Shown: piece by piece, positions 10,841 to 20,611 of the stretch | Layout of the letters: the number at the start of each line of letters is the position of its first letter | How positions within the stretch are numbered: the first letter of the stretch is position 1 | Origin: Cohaesibacter sp. ES.047 | GTDB taxonomy: Bacteria; Pseudomonadota; Alphaproteobacteria; Rhizobiales; Cohaesibacteraceae | Assembly (NCBI RefSeq): GCF_900215505.1 | Contig: NZ_LT907844.1 | Location: 4,673,078 to 4,697,077, forward strand | DNA length: 24,000 bases | Direction of reading: 5' to 3' | Position numbers and translations under genes: made by a program | The notes under the pieces: generated by a model | What the model saw: only the letters and a program-made list of their open reading frames with translations | Told to the model about the DNA's origin: nothing | Database searches by the model: none

Positions 10841-12031
10841 TTATTCGACGATAGCGCCAACGATACCGGCGCCGACGGTACGGCCACCTTCGCGAATAGC
10901 GAAGCGCAGCTTTTCTTCCATGGCGATCGGTACGATCAGCTCGACATTCATGTTCACGTTATCGCCAGGCATAACCATTTCCACGCCCTCATCAAGGGTC
11001 ACAACACCGGTCACGTCGGTGGTGCGGAAATAGAACTGCGGACGATAGTTGGTGAAGAACGGGGTATGACGACCACCTTCTTCTTTCGTCAGGATGTAGG
11101 CTTCTGCCTTGAACTTGGTATGCGGGTTAACTGAACCCGGCTTACAAAGAACCTGACCGCGCTCAACGTCCTCACGCTTGGTACCACGCAGAAGAACACC
11201 GACGTTGTCGCCTGCTTCACCGCTATCAAGCAGCTTGCGGAACATTTCAACACCGGTACAGGTGGTTTTCTGAGTGTCTTTGATGCCGACGATTTCAATC
11301 TCGTCACCAACATGCACCTTGCCGCGTTCAACACGACCGGTAACAACCGTACCACGGCCAGAGATCGAGAAAACGTCTTCGATCGGCAGCAGGAACGGAA
11401 GGTCGACAGGACGTTCCGGGGTCGGGATGTAGTCATCAACCGCAGCCATCAGCTCAGTGATGGAGTTACGGCCGATTTCCGGATCACGGTTTTCAACGGC
11501 AGCAAGAGCAGAGCCTTTAACGATGGGGATATCATCGCCAGGGAATTCGTAGCTGTCCAGAAGTTCGCGAACTTCCATTTCAACAAGCTCGAGAAGCTCT
11601 TCATCGTCAACCTGGTCAACTTTGTTCAGGTAAACAACAAGCGCAGGAACGCCAACCTGACGGGCAAGCAGGATGTGCTCACGGGTCTGGGGCATCGGGC
11701 CATCAGCTGCAGAGCAGACCAGGATAGCGCCGTCCATCTGAGCCGCACCAGTGATCATGTTTTTCACATAGTCAGCGTGGCCCGGGCAGTCGACGTGAGC
11801 GTAGTGACGGTTTTCCGTCTCATACTCAACGTGAGCCGTAGAGATCGTGATGCCGCGTGCTTTTTCTTCAGGCGCACCATCAATCTCGTCATAGGCTTTC
11901 GCCGTCGCGCCACCAGTTTCCGCAAGGGTCATGGTGATCGCTGCTGTCAGGGTAGTTTTACCATGGTCAACGTGACCAATCGTGCCGATGTTCACATGCG
12001 GCTTGTTACGTTCAAACTTTTCCTTAGCCAT
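10841..12031 (-). CDS. tuf: Elongation factor Tu
   Basis: 396-aa ORF ([25 protein letters not shown] motifs). GGAGA RBS, and it follows fusA. Confidence 0.98.
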   Translation of the reverse strand: MAKEKFERNKPHVNIGTIGHVDHGKTTLTAAITMTLAETGGATAKAYDEIDGAPEEKARGITISTAHVEYETENRHYAHVDCPGHADYVKNMITGAAQMDGAILVCSAADGPMPQTREHILLARQVGVPALVVYLNKVDQVDDEELLELVEMEVRELLDSYEFPGDDIPIVKGSALAAVENRDPEIGRNSITELMAAVDDYIPTPERPVDLPFLLPIEDVFSISGRGTVVTGRVERGKVHVGDEIEIVGIKDTQKTTCTGVEMFRKLLDSGEAGDNVGVLLRGTKREDVERGQVLCKPGSVNPHTKFKAEAYILTKEEGGRHTPFFTNYRPQFYFRTTDVTGVVTLDEGVEMVMPGDNVNMNVELIVPIAMEEKLRFAIREGGRTVGAGIVGAIVE

Positions 12032-12082
12032 AGGAAAGTCTCCATTCTTCGAATTTCGTTAAGTGCGGAACAATTGCTAAGA

Positions 12083-14158
12083 TTAGGCGTATTTCGCCTG
12101 AACCTCGTCTGCAACGGCCTGAGGCACTTGCGCATAGTGATCGAACACCATGCTATATTGCGCGCGACCCTGGGACTGGGAACGAAGGTTGTTCACATAC
12201 CCGAACATATTGGCCAGCGGCACCATAGCGGTGACAACGGTGACAACGCCGCGAGCTTCGGTACCAGAAATCTGACCGCGGCGGGAGTTGATGTCGCCGA
12301 TGATGTCGCCCATGTATTCTTCTGGAGTGACAACTTCGACTTTCATCATCGGTTCAAGCAGTTTCGGACCTGCCTTTTTGCAGCCTTCGCGGAAACCGGC
12401 ACGAGAAGCGATCTCGAAGGCCAGTACCGAGGAGTCAACATCATGGAAGGCACCGTCGATAAGATCGACCTTGATGTCCACCATCGGGAAGCCAGCCAGA
12501 GGACCTGCGGTCATGACGGACCGAATGCCCTTTTCAACACCGGGGATGTATTCCTTGGGAATAGCACCACCAACGATAGAGGACTTGAATTCAAAGCCAG
12601 CACCAACTTCGTTAGGACTAATGACGATTTTCACCCGACCGAACTGACCGGTACCACCGGACTGTTTCTTATGGGTGTAGTCAACGGTCTCTTCTTTGGT
12701 GATGGTTTCACGGTAAGCAACCTGCGGCGCACCGATATTTGCCTCGACCTTGAATTCGCGTTTCATGCGGTCAACGAGAATATCAAGATGCAGCTCACCC
12801 ATGCCAGCCATGATGGTCTGACCGGATTCTTCATCCGTTTTAACGCGGAAGGAAGGATCCTCGGCAGCCAAGCGGTTGAGCGCAAGGCCCATCTTTTCTT
12901 GGTCGGCCTTGGTTTTGGGCTCAACAGCGATCTCGATGACCGGATCAGGGAATTCCATGCGCTCAAGGATAACCGGGTTCAGCGGATCACACAGCGTGTC
13001 ACCCGTGGTGGTGTCCTTGAGGCCCGCGATAGCAACGATGTCACCAGCAAAGGCTTCCTTGATGTCTTCCCGTGAGTTCGAATGCATCTGCAGCATACGG
13101 CCAACACGTTCACGCTTCTCTTTCACGGTATTGAGAACAGAGGTACCTGCATCAAGCTTACCGGAATAGACGCGGCAGAAAGTCAGAGAGCCAACGAACG
13201 GGTCGTTTGCAATCTTGAAGGCCAGCATGGAGAAGGGCTCTTCGTCATCAGCATGACGCTCGATCGGCTCTTCGGTTTTCGCGTCGATACCACGGATTGA
13301 TTCAATATCAATCGGGCTCGGCAGATAGTCGACCACAGCGTCGAGCAAAGGCTGAACGCCTTTGTTCTTGAAAGCAGTACCGCACAGGATCGGAACGAAT
13401 TCGTTGGCAATGGTGCCCTTACGGATCAGTTCCATGATCTTTTCATTGGAGGGCTCATCACCTTCCAGATACGCTTCCATGGCCGCTTCGTCAGCTTCCA
13501 CAACGGTCTCGATGAGAGTTTCACGGTATTCTGCAGCCTGATCAGCAAGCTCAGCAGGAATATCACGATACTCAAATTTAGCACCGAGAGACTCTTCGAG
13601 CCAGATGATGGCGCGCATGTTGATCAGATCAACAACACCGGTGAATTCGCTCTCGGAACCGATTGGCAGCTGCAGGCAAAGCGGAACAGCACCAAGACGG
13701 TCCTTGATCATCTGCACGCAGCGGAAGAAGTCGGCACCAAGCTTATCCATCTTGTTGACGAAGATCATCCGCGGCACGGCGTATTTGTCAGCCTGACGCC
13801 AGACAGTCTCGGTCTGCGGTTCGACACCTGCGTTGGCATCAAGGGCACAAACAGCGCCATCAAGCACACGCAAGGAACGCTCAACCTCAATGGTGAAGTC
13901 AACGTGGCCTGGAGTATCGATGATGTTCAGACGCTTTTCGCGCCAGAAGCAAGTGGTTGCGGCAGACGTGATCGTAATGCCACGCTCCTGCTCCTGAGCC
14001 ATCCAGTCCATGGTGGCAGCACCATCATGAACTTCGCCAATCTTATGGCTTTTTCCGGTATAAAAGAGGATACGCTCAGTAGTCGTCGTCTTACCAGCAT
14101 CAATGTGGGCCATGATGCCGAAGTTACGATAGTCCTCAATCTTGTGGCTGCGTGCCAT
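12083..14158 (-). CDS. fusA: Elongation factor G
   Basis: 691-aa ORF ([36 protein letters not shown]). Confidence 0.98.
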   Translation of the reverse strand: MARSHKIEDYRNFGIMAHIDAGKTTTTERILFYTGKSHKIGEVHDGAATMDWMAQEQERGITITSAATTCFWREKRLNIIDTPGHVDFTIEVERSLRVLDGAVCALDANAGVEPQTETVWRQADKYAVPRMIFVNKMDKLGADFFRCVQMIKDRLGAVPLCLQLPIGSESEFTGVVDLINMRAIIWLEESLGAKFEYRDIPAELADQAAEYRETLIETVVEADEAAMEAYLEGDEPSNEKIMELIRKGTIANEFVPILCGTAFKNKGVQPLLDAVVDYLPSPIDIESIRGIDAKTEEPIERHADDEEPFSMLAFKIANDPFVGSLTFCRVYSGKLDAGTSVLNTVKEKRERVGRMLQMHSNSREDIKEAFAGDIVAIAGLKDTTTGDTLCDPLNPVILERMEFPDPVIEIAVEPKTKADQEKMGLALNRLAAEDPSFRVKTDEESGQTIMAGMGELHLDILVDRMKREFKVEANIGAPQVAYRETITKEETVDYTHKKQSGGTGQFGRVKIVISPNEVGAGFEFKSSIVGGAIPKEYIPGVEKGIRSVMTAGPLAGFPMVDIKVDLIDGAFHDVDSSVLAFEIASRAGFREGCKKAGPKLLEPMMKVEVVTPEEYMGDIIGDINSRRGQISGTEARGVVTVVTAMVPLANMFGYVNNLRSQSQGRAQYSMVFDHYAQVPQAVADEVQAKYA

Positions 14159-14176
14159 GACTTCGCCCCTAAAGGT

Positions 14177-14671
<495 letters not shown>

Positions 14672-15043
14672 TTATTTAGGCCGCTTTGCACCATATTTAG
14701 AACGGCGCTGTTTACGGTCTTTAACACCCTGCGTATCCAGCACACCGCGAAGAATGTGATAACGAACACCGGGCAAATCTTTCACGCGACCGCCGCGGAT
14801 CATCACAACCGAGTGTTCCTGCAGGTTATGGCCCTCACCAGGGATGTAGCCGATAACCTCGAACCCGTTGGTCAGACGCACCTTGGCAACCTTACGCAGA
14901 GCCGAGTTCGGCTTTTTCGGCGTAGTGGTATAGACGCGCGTACATACACCCCGCTTCTGGGGGCAGGCCTCCATGGCCGGAACTTTATTTCGCTTTACCG
15001 GCGCCTTGCGCGGCTTACGAATAAGCTGGTTAATGGTTGGCAT
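14672..15043 (-). CDS. rpsL: 30S ribosomal protein S12
   Basis: 123-aa ORF ([13 protein letters not shown]...[33 protein letters not shown]...[14 protein letters not shown]). An AAGG RBS lies about 9 nt upstream. Confidence 0.98.
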   Translation of the reverse strand: MPTINQLIRKPRKAPVKRNKVPAMEACPQKRGVCTRVYTTTPKKPNSALRKVAKVRLTNGFEVIGYIPGEGHNLQEHSVVMIRGGRVKDLPGVRYHILRGVLDTQGVKDRKQRRSKYGAKRPK

Positions 15044-15084
15044 TAACGTGTGCCTTTCAGATCTCTCTGAACTAAGGCGCCCCG

Positions 15085-15103
15085 GTCAACTTGACACGTC
15101 AAG
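15085..15103. promoter_or_regulatory. Overlapping TTGAC/GTCAA palindromes about 45-60 bp upstream of the rpsL start
   Basis: The plus strand reads GTCAAC-TTGAC-AC-GTCAAG. GTCAA(C)TTGAC spans 15085-15095 and CTTGAC-AC-GTCAAG spans 15090-15103, giving three TTGAC half-sites in alternating orientation. Confidence 0.3.
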
Positions 15104-15389
15104 ATGGCAAGGAAACGCCATGTTTAGTTGGTGCAACGCACTTCCATCGATCAGGCGATCGCCGGAACTGCCCGAATTACCAAATGCACCGTCCGCACGC
15201 ACAAAAGCGCACCATCGCGCGACCCTTGCCGCGAACGGCGCTGTGAAAACCAGAGGATTACAGCCGGAGCCGCAATCTTGAGCCAGTCAATCTCAGCTTC
15301 ATAAATACGGACATCGTTTAAGCAGTCTTGGTTCGAAAACGTGGCGCCTTCGATCGTGAGTGCTTACGGCCTATCCGAGAAGTGGCGCG

Positions 15390-15418
15390 AAACTACTCTG
15401 ACTTTACAATCTCGTCAA
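15390..15418 (-). promoter_or_regulatory. Candidate sigma70-type promoter (TTGACG-N17-TAGTTT) reading toward rpsL
   Basis: On the minus strand, -35 TTGACG is the complement of 15413-15418, followed by an exact 17-nt spacer and -10 TAGTTT (complement of 15390-15395). This is the best -35/-10 pair I could find in the spacer. It implies a leader of about 340 nt, and there is no experimental support. Confidence 0.3.
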
Positions 15419-15477
15419 CCCCCCTGATGAAGATTCCCAGAAACCCACCATTTGTAGGAAATCATTGTATTTTTATT

Positions 15478-15496
15478 GCTCATCTACAACAGAATC
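15478..15496. repeat. Direct repeat copy A (GCTCATCTACAACAGAATC)
   Basis: It matches copy B at 17 of 19 positions, ends in a GANTC motif, and lies 117 bp from copy B. Confidence 0.6.
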
Positions 15497-15594
15497 CGCA
15501 ACATCAAGACACCATCTCAGACCCTTCGCGTGAAACCGCCGATTCTTCCCTCTTATTGGCGAGAAAACAGAGCTATCGGACCGCCCCTCAACAA

Positions 15595-15613
15595 GCTCCT
15601 CTACAACAGATTC
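15595..15613. repeat. Direct repeat copy B (GCTCCTCTACAACAGATTC)
   Basis: It matches copy A at 17 of 19 positions, ends in a GANTC motif, and sits about 20 bp downstream of the stop of the DUF1566-like ORF. Confidence 0.6.
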
Positions 15614-15633
15614 GCTAAGAAACCTTGGCCGAG

Positions 15634-16167
15634 TTACTGGTGATTCCTGACAAGCAAACCGGACAGAGAAAATCCCGCACTGTGCGCATCAACATAGCCA
15701 TGGGTGATGTTGAAGTAGTAATACATACGGGGAAGCGTGGCCGAGGTTACAGTCCAGAACTCGGCGCCATCTCCAAAATCAGAAGCCTCTATTCCCGGAA
15801 AGACAATCGTATCGATCTTGGGGCCGGAACAGCTCTCAAAGTAGATGTTGTCAAACTCTTCCGCGGTTGGCACGCGCCAGCCCTGCCCGAGTTTCTTCGC
15901 CTCAAGTTTCATCTCTTCCAAACCGCGCCCCTGGGGTTCACCAACACAGGTTCCCTCCCCGCCCGACCAGCGCATCCCCACGGCACAGCGTTGCCACTCC
16001 AAGCCCTTCTCGTCCTGCACAGCGGTCGCGCCCTTGAGCTCAAACCCATTGCCGCTTGCATCTTGGCAGTTAGCAAAGGAGGACGTAGCCGTCAGAACCC
16101 CAACAACCAATACCAGGCAAGACGTTCTCATCTTGCTGGCCTTGAAAACACAACCAAGACAAACCAT
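15634..16167 (-). CDS. Small secreted/periplasmic protein, DUF1566 / Lcl C-terminal-domain-like (hypothetical)
   Basis: 177-aa ORF. The ATG at 16167 is preceded by GGGGA 7 nt upstream, and an alternative ATG at 16131 gives MRTSCLVLVVGVLTATSSFA|NCQ, which looks like a signal peptide. The mature part has 4 Cys and the motif series GLEWQRC, GWRVPTAEEF, FWTVTS, YYFNITHGYV, LLVRN. This matches my recollection of the DUF1566 family pattern (GLmWQ.., WRLP..EL, yWSST, v.f..G, vR.VR). It is on the same strand as its neighbours. Confidence 0.7.
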   Translation of the reverse strand: MVCLGCVFKASKMRTSCLVLVVGVLTATSSFANCQDASGNGFELKGATAVQDEKGLEWQRCAVGMRWSGGEGTCVGEPQGRGLEEMKLEAKKLGQGWRVPTAEEFDNIYFESCSGPKIDTIVFPGIEASDFGDGAEFWTVTSATLPRMYYYFNITHGYVDAHSAGFSLSGLLVRNHQ

Positions 16168-16248
16168 CGCTTCATCCCCTTTTCAAAGGGCGCATGTACC
16201 TGACCGAATATGTTAAAAGTGGGGCCGCGCGACGTGAGACACAGGATT

Positions 16249-16283
16249 AAAAAAGGGCCCCCCTGCGAAGCAAGGCGGCCCTT
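16249..16283 (-). terminator. Rho-independent terminator downstream of rpoC
   Basis: AAGGGCC (16253-16259) pairs with GGCCCTT (16277-16283), with extra G:C pairs inside the stem. On the minus-strand RNA the hairpin is followed by UUUUUU (plus-strand A-run 16249-16254). It starts 27 nt after the rpoC stop. Confidence 0.8.
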
Positions 16284-16309
16284 CTGATTTTCGAATTTGA
16301 CTTTATCGC

Positions 16310-19300
16310 TTATTCAGCGGGCTCCACCGGAGGCTGGTCCGACATATCGCGGATCTTCGGCGTAGAACTCAGGGACTGTGTCCGCTGGCGTTCTTCCAGA
16401 ATGAGATCATCGCGATGCGTCGCCACACGGCGCAAGCCGGACATCACACGACCAGTACCGGCCGGGATGAGACGACCCACGATAACGTTCTCTTTCAGGC
16501 CTTCGAGCGTATCGATCTTGCCTTGGACCGAAGCTTCGGTCAGAACGCGTGTGGTCTCCTGGAAGGAGGCTGCAGAGATGAACGAACGGGTCTGCAAGCT
16601 GGCCTTGGTGATACCAAGCAGAACCGGCTTGCCTTTTGCAGGACGCTTGCCCTCTCCAGCCAAACGTTCATTCTCTTCCTCGAATTCAAGGCGATCGATA
16701 TGCTCCGCATGCAGGAAGTAGCTATCGCCCTGTTCTTCGATTTCAACTTTCTGCAGCATCTGACGAACAATCACTTCAATGTGCTTGTCGTTGATGCCCA
16801 CACCTTGCAGACGATAAACATCCTGAATCTCGTTGACGAGATATTCAGCCAGAGCAGCAACGCCCTTCACGGCCAGAATGTCATGCGGTGCCGGGTTGCC
16901 ATCGAGAATATATTCACCTTTTTCGATCGGGTCACCTTCCTGAAGATGGAACGGGCGCCCTTTCGGGATCAGATATTCAATTGGCTCAAGCGACTCATCA
17001 TGCGGTTCGAGCACAATGCGGCGTTTGTTTTTGTAGTCGCGACCAAAGCGGATCGTGCCATCGATATCTGCGATGATAGCGTGATCTTTCGGACGACGCG
17101 CTTCGAACAGTTCGGCCACACGTGGCAGACCACCGGTGATGTCTTTTGTCTTGGCGCTTTCCATCGGAACACGGGCCAGAACGTCACCAGCACCAACCTT
17201 GTTGCCGGGCTGAACCGAAAGGATCGACTCGACCTGCAACATATAGCGGGCATCGCCACCACGCGGCAGGGTCAGAAGCTTGCCATCACCATTACGGATG
17301 GTGATCGCCGGCTTCATGTCTACAGAGCGTGGGTTTGACCGCCAGTCGATGACGACACGCTTGGTGATACCGGTGGACTCATCCGTTGCCTCGCTGACCG
17401 ACAGACCTTCTGCCATGTCTTCGAAATCAACGACACCATCCACCTCACAAAGCACCGGACGGGTGTAAGGATCCCATTCGGCCAGACGCTGGCCGCGGGT
17501 AACCCGATCCCCTTCATCGACATGCAGGTGCGAACCGTAAGTAAGCTTGTTGACCGAACGTTCGTTGCCTTCATCATCAATAATGACAATGGCGACGTTA
17601 CGCCCAAGGGTCACAAGCCGTCCGTCGGAGTCGCGAGCCACATTGCGGTTGCGCAACTGAATCGTGCCTTCGAAGTTGGCTTCGATGAAGGAGCTGTCAA
17701 CCACCTGCGCCGTACCACCAATGTGGAAGGTACGCATGGTCAGCTGGGTGCCCGGTTCACCGATCGACTGAGCCGCGATAACGCCGACAGCCTCACCGAT
17801 ATTCACCTCGGTACCACGTGCCAAGTCGCGACCGTAACATGCCGCACAAACACCGTTGCGCGAATGACAGGTCAGAACCGAACGAACCGTGATGGTCTGC
17901 AGACCGCAGTTCTCGATCTCGTAGACATCCTCTTCCGAGATGATCCGGCCTTTCGGAACGATCACGTTGCCCGTTTTCGGGTTCACCACATCCTCAGCCG
18001 CAGTACGGCCAAGAGTACGCGTCCCAAGAGAAGCAACGATCTGACCGGCATCAACGATCACACCAACTTCAAGACCTTCTTCAGACCCGCAATCAACCTC
18101 GGTGATGATCGAATCCTGCGCCACATCCACCAGACGCCGGGTGAGGTAACCGGAGTTCGCGGTCTTCAGAGCGGTATCGGCCAGACCCTTACGGGCACCA
18201 TGGGTGGAGTTGAAGTACTCCATCACAGTAAGGCCTTCTTTAAAGTTCGAGATGATCGGCGTTTCGATGATCTCGCCCGACGGTTTGGCCATCAGACCAC
18301 GCATACCGGCAAGCTGTTTCATCTGGGCCGGTGAACCACGCGCCCCGGAGTGGGCCATCATGTAAACCGAGTTCATCTGCTTCTGGCGACCGGTTTCTTC
18401 ATCGACCTCAATCGCCTGAATGCGTTTCATCATCTCATCGGCAACACGGTCGGTACATTTCGCCCAGGCATCAACAACCTTGTTGTATTTCTCGCCTTGC
18501 GTGATGAGACCGTCGTTATATTGCTGTTCAAACTCCAGCGCCATGGTGCCGGTGGTTTCGATGAGACCAGCTTTGGAATCCGGAATAACCATGTCATCCA
18601 TACCGAACGAAATGCCGGCACGGAACGCGCGGTTAAACCCGAGACCCATGATCTTGTCACAGAAGATGACCGTTTCCTTCTGACCGCACTGGCGGTAGAC
18701 GGCATGGATCATCCGAGAGATTTCCTTCTTGGTCATCAGCTTGTTGCATTCCTCGAAGGAAATGCCCGGATGACGCGGCAGAAGTTCACCAATCAGCATG
18801 CGACCTGGAGTGGTCTCATAGATCTGTGAAATCGGGTTGCCTTCTTCATCAACGGTCTTGAACCGACCCTTGACCTTGGCATGCAGAGTGACCGCCTTGG
18901 TCTCAAGCGCATGATGCAACTCGCCGATATCGGAGAAGAGACTCCCCTCACCCGGCTCGTTCTCGTTCATGATCGAGAGATAGTAAAGGCCAAGAACAAT
19001 ATCCTGAGACGGAACGATAATCGGAGTACCGTTGGCCGGATGCAGGATGTTGTTGGTGGACATCATCAAGACGCGCGCTTCGAGCTGAGCTTCAAGCGAC
19101 AGAGGCACGTGAACGGCCATCTGGTCACCATCGAAGTCGGCGTTGAAGGCCGAGCAGACGAGCGGATGCAACTGAATGGCCTTGCCTTCCACCAGCATCG
19201 GCTCAAAAGCCTGAATGCCAAGACGGTGGAGCGTCGGCGCACGGTTCAGCATGACCGGATGCTCGCGGATGACCTCTTCAAGGATATCCCAGACTTCCGG

Positions 19301-20521
19301 CTTGCCCTTCTCTACCAATTTCTTGGCCTGTTTGACCGTCGTTGAATAGCCCTTGGCATCAAGACGCGAATAGATGAACGGCTTGAACAGCTCAAGCGCC
19401 ATCTTCTTCGGCAGACCGCACTGGTGCAGCTTCAACTCAGGACCAACCACGATAACGGAACGACCGGAATAGTCGACGCGTTTACCCAGAAGGTTCTGAC
19501 GGAAACGACCGTGCTTACCCTTGAGCATGTCGGACAGCGACTTCAGCGGACGTTTGTTGGCACCGGTAATGACGCGGCCACGACGACCGTTGTCGAACAG
19601 CGCATCAACAGACTCCTGCAGCATGCGTTTTTCGTTCCGGATGATGATATCCGGCGCACGCAGCTCCATAAGACGCTTCAGACGGTTGTTACGGTTGATC
19701 ACACGACGATATAGATCGTTGAGGTCGGACGTTGCAAACCGGCCACCATCGAGCGGCACAAGCGGACGCAGATCGGGAGGAATGACCGGAACAATGGTCA
19801 TGATCATCCATTCCGGACGGTTACCGGATTCGATGAAGGCTTCCACAATCTTCAGACGCTTGGCAAGCTTGATCGGCTTAAGCGACGAGGTGCTCTCAGC
19901 AATTTCCTGACGCAGTTTCTCGGAGATCTGTTCCAGATCAAGAGATGCCAGAATTTCGCGGATCGCCTCGGCACCGATCATGGCGGTGAAGGTATCTTCG
20001 CCATACTCGTCCTGTGCGATGATATACTCCTCTTCACTGAGGAGCTGATATTCCTTGAGCGGCGTCAGACCGGGCTCAACGACAATATAGTTCTCGAAAT
20101 AGAGAACGCGCTCAAGATCCTTGAGCGTCATGTCCAAGAGCTGGCCGATGCGGCTTGGCAGAGACTTGAGGAACCAGATATGCGCAACGGGCGCTGCCAG
20201 TTCGATATGTCCCATCCGCTCGCGGCGCACGCGTGAAAGGGTCACTTCCACACCGCACTTTTCGCAGATGATGCCTTTGTACTTCATGCGCTTGTATTTG
20301 CCGCACAAGCATTCATAGTCCTTGATCGGACCAAAAATGCGTGCACAGAACAAGCCATCGCGTTCGGGCTTGAATGTCCGGTAGTTGATCGTTTCGGGCT
20401 TTTTGATTTCACCAAATGACCAACTCAGAATCTTCTCCGGGCTCGCGATGGACACGCGAATCTGGTCGAAGGTCTGGGCCTGAGCCTGCGGACTGAAAAG
20501 ATTCATGACCTCTTGGTTCAT
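16310..20521 (-). CDS. rpoC: DNA-directed RNA polymerase subunit beta-prime
   Basis: The ORF-track start at 20560 is a GTG. The ATG at 20521 is preceded by GAGGAGA 5 nt upstream and gives [12 protein letters not shown]... (1403 aa). Hallmarks are the NADFDGD catalytic motif, the Zn-binding [20 protein letters not shown] segment, and [40 protein letters not shown]. Confidence 0.98.
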   Translation of the reverse strand: MNQEVMNLFSPQAQAQTFDQIRVSIASPEKILSWSFGEIKKPETINYRTFKPERDGLFCARIFGPIKDYECLCGKYKRMKYKGIICEKCGVEVTLSRVRRERMGHIELAAPVAHIWFLKSLPSRIGQLLDMTLKDLERVLYFENYIVVEPGLTPLKEYQLLSEEEYIIAQDEYGEDTFTAMIGAEAIREILASLDLEQISEKLRQEIAESTSSLKPIKLAKRLKIVEAFIESGNRPEWMIMTIVPVIPPDLRPLVPLDGGRFATSDLNDLYRRVINRNNRLKRLMELRAPDIIIRNEKRMLQESVDALFDNGRRGRVITGANKRPLKSLSDMLKGKHGRFRQNLLGKRVDYSGRSVIVVGPELKLHQCGLPKKMALELFKPFIYSRLDAKGYSTTVKQAKKLVEKGKPEVWDILEEVIREHPVMLNRAPTLHRLGIQAFEPMLVEGKAIQLHPLVCSAFNADFDGDQMAVHVPLSLEAQLEARVLMMSTNNILHPANGTPIIVPSQDIVLGLYYLSIMNENEPGEGSLFSDIGELHHALETKAVTLHAKVKGRFKTVDEEGNPISQIYETTPGRMLIGELLPRHPGISFEECNKLMTKKEISRMIHAVYRQCGQKETVIFCDKIMGLGFNRAFRAGISFGMDDMVIPDSKAGLIETTGTMALEFEQQYNDGLITQGEKYNKVVDAWAKCTDRVADEMMKRIQAIEVDEETGRQKQMNSVYMMAHSGARGSPAQMKQLAGMRGLMAKPSGEIIETPIISNFKEGLTVMEYFNSTHGARKGLADTALKTANSGYLTRRLVDVAQDSIITEVDCGSEEGLEVGVIVDAGQIVASLGTRTLGRTAAEDVVNPKTGNVIVPKGRIISEEDVYEIENCGLQTITVRSVLTCHSRNGVCAACYGRDLARGTEVNIGEAVGVIAAQSIGEPGTQLTMRTFHIGGTAQVVDSSFIEANFEGTIQLRNRNVARDSDGRLVTLGRNVAIVIIDDEGNERSVNKLTYGSHLHVDEGDRVTRGQRLAEWDPYTRPVLCEVDGVVDFEDMAEGLSVSEATDESTGITKRVVIDWRSNPRSVDMKPAITIRNGDGKLLTLPRGGDARYMLQVESILSVQPGNKVGAGDVLARVPMESAKTKDITGGLPRVAELFEARRPKDHAIIADIDGTIRFGRDYKNKRRIVLEPHDESLEPIEYLIPKGRPFHLQEGDPIEKGEYILDGNPAPHDILAVKGVAALAEYLVNEIQDVYRLQGVGINDKHIEVIVRQMLQKVEIEEQGDSYFLHAEHIDRLEFEEENERLAGEGKRPAKGKPVLLGITKASLQTRSFISAASFQETTRVLTEASVQGKIDTLEGLKENVIVGRLIPAGTGRVMSGLRRVATHRDDLILEERQRTQSLSSTPKIRDMSDQPPVEPAE

Positions 20522-20541
20522 GGGGTCTCCTCTACGGTTAG

Positions 20542-20572
20542 ACGGATCACGGGTTTTCACCCCGCGATCCGT
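20542..20572 (-). promoter_or_regulatory. rpoB-rpoC intercistronic hairpin
   Basis: ACGGATC (20542-20548) pairs with GATCCGT (20566-20572), and an inner CGGG (20550-20553) pairs with CCCG (20561-20564). The hairpin lies within the 90-bp rpoB-rpoC gap, just upstream of the rpoC RBS. Confidence 0.4.
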
Positions 20573-20611
20573 TCCGAAAATATGCCTCGGGTTTCTTTAA
20601 TCGGGCGCCGC

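Noticed and set aside
11312-13075. A 587-aa plus-strand ORF spans the tuf/fusA region. Similar long plus-strand ORFs are 91-1158 (355 aa), 16415-17338 (307 aa), 17522-18334 (270 aa) and 21236-22348 (370 aa).
   Set aside because: Each is exactly codon-aligned with the minus-strand gene it overlaps. The offsets 11312-10841, 13076-12083, 1147-91, 16415-16310, 17522-16310 and 21236-20612 are all multiples of 3. In that frame an antisense stop requires a sense TTA, CTA or TCA codon, and these are avoided in highly expressed genes. The products are compositionally odd with no recognisable motifs, so they are shadow ORFs and not genes.
15061-15089. TTGACC-N17-AGAGAT on the minus strand as the proximal rpsL promoter.
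   Set aside because: The -10 hexamer matches the consensus at only 2 of 6 positions. The implied TSS (about 15054) would fall within or after the AAGG ribosome-binding site of rpsL.
15154-15163. A perfect 10-bp palindrome, GGCGATCGCC, containing the GCGATCGC core known as HIP1 in cyanobacteria.
   Set aside because: It is a single occurrence in the window, in a genome whose proteins look alphaproteobacterial. One copy is not evidence of a dispersed repeat family.
15328-15618. A 96-aa plus-strand ORF lies in the rpoC-rpsL spacer.
   Set aside because: It starts with TTG and I saw no Shine-Dalgarno. The product is Gln/Pro/Ser-rich and unlike any family I recognise, and it is oriented against all neighbours. 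A decayed gene remnant cannot be excluded without a database search.
15625-16203. A 192-aa plus-strand ORF lies antisense to the DUF1566-like ORF.
   Set aside because: It has no recognisable motifs, signal or RBS. The minus-strand ORF has an RBS, a signal peptide and family-specific motifs, so the minus-strand call is preferred.
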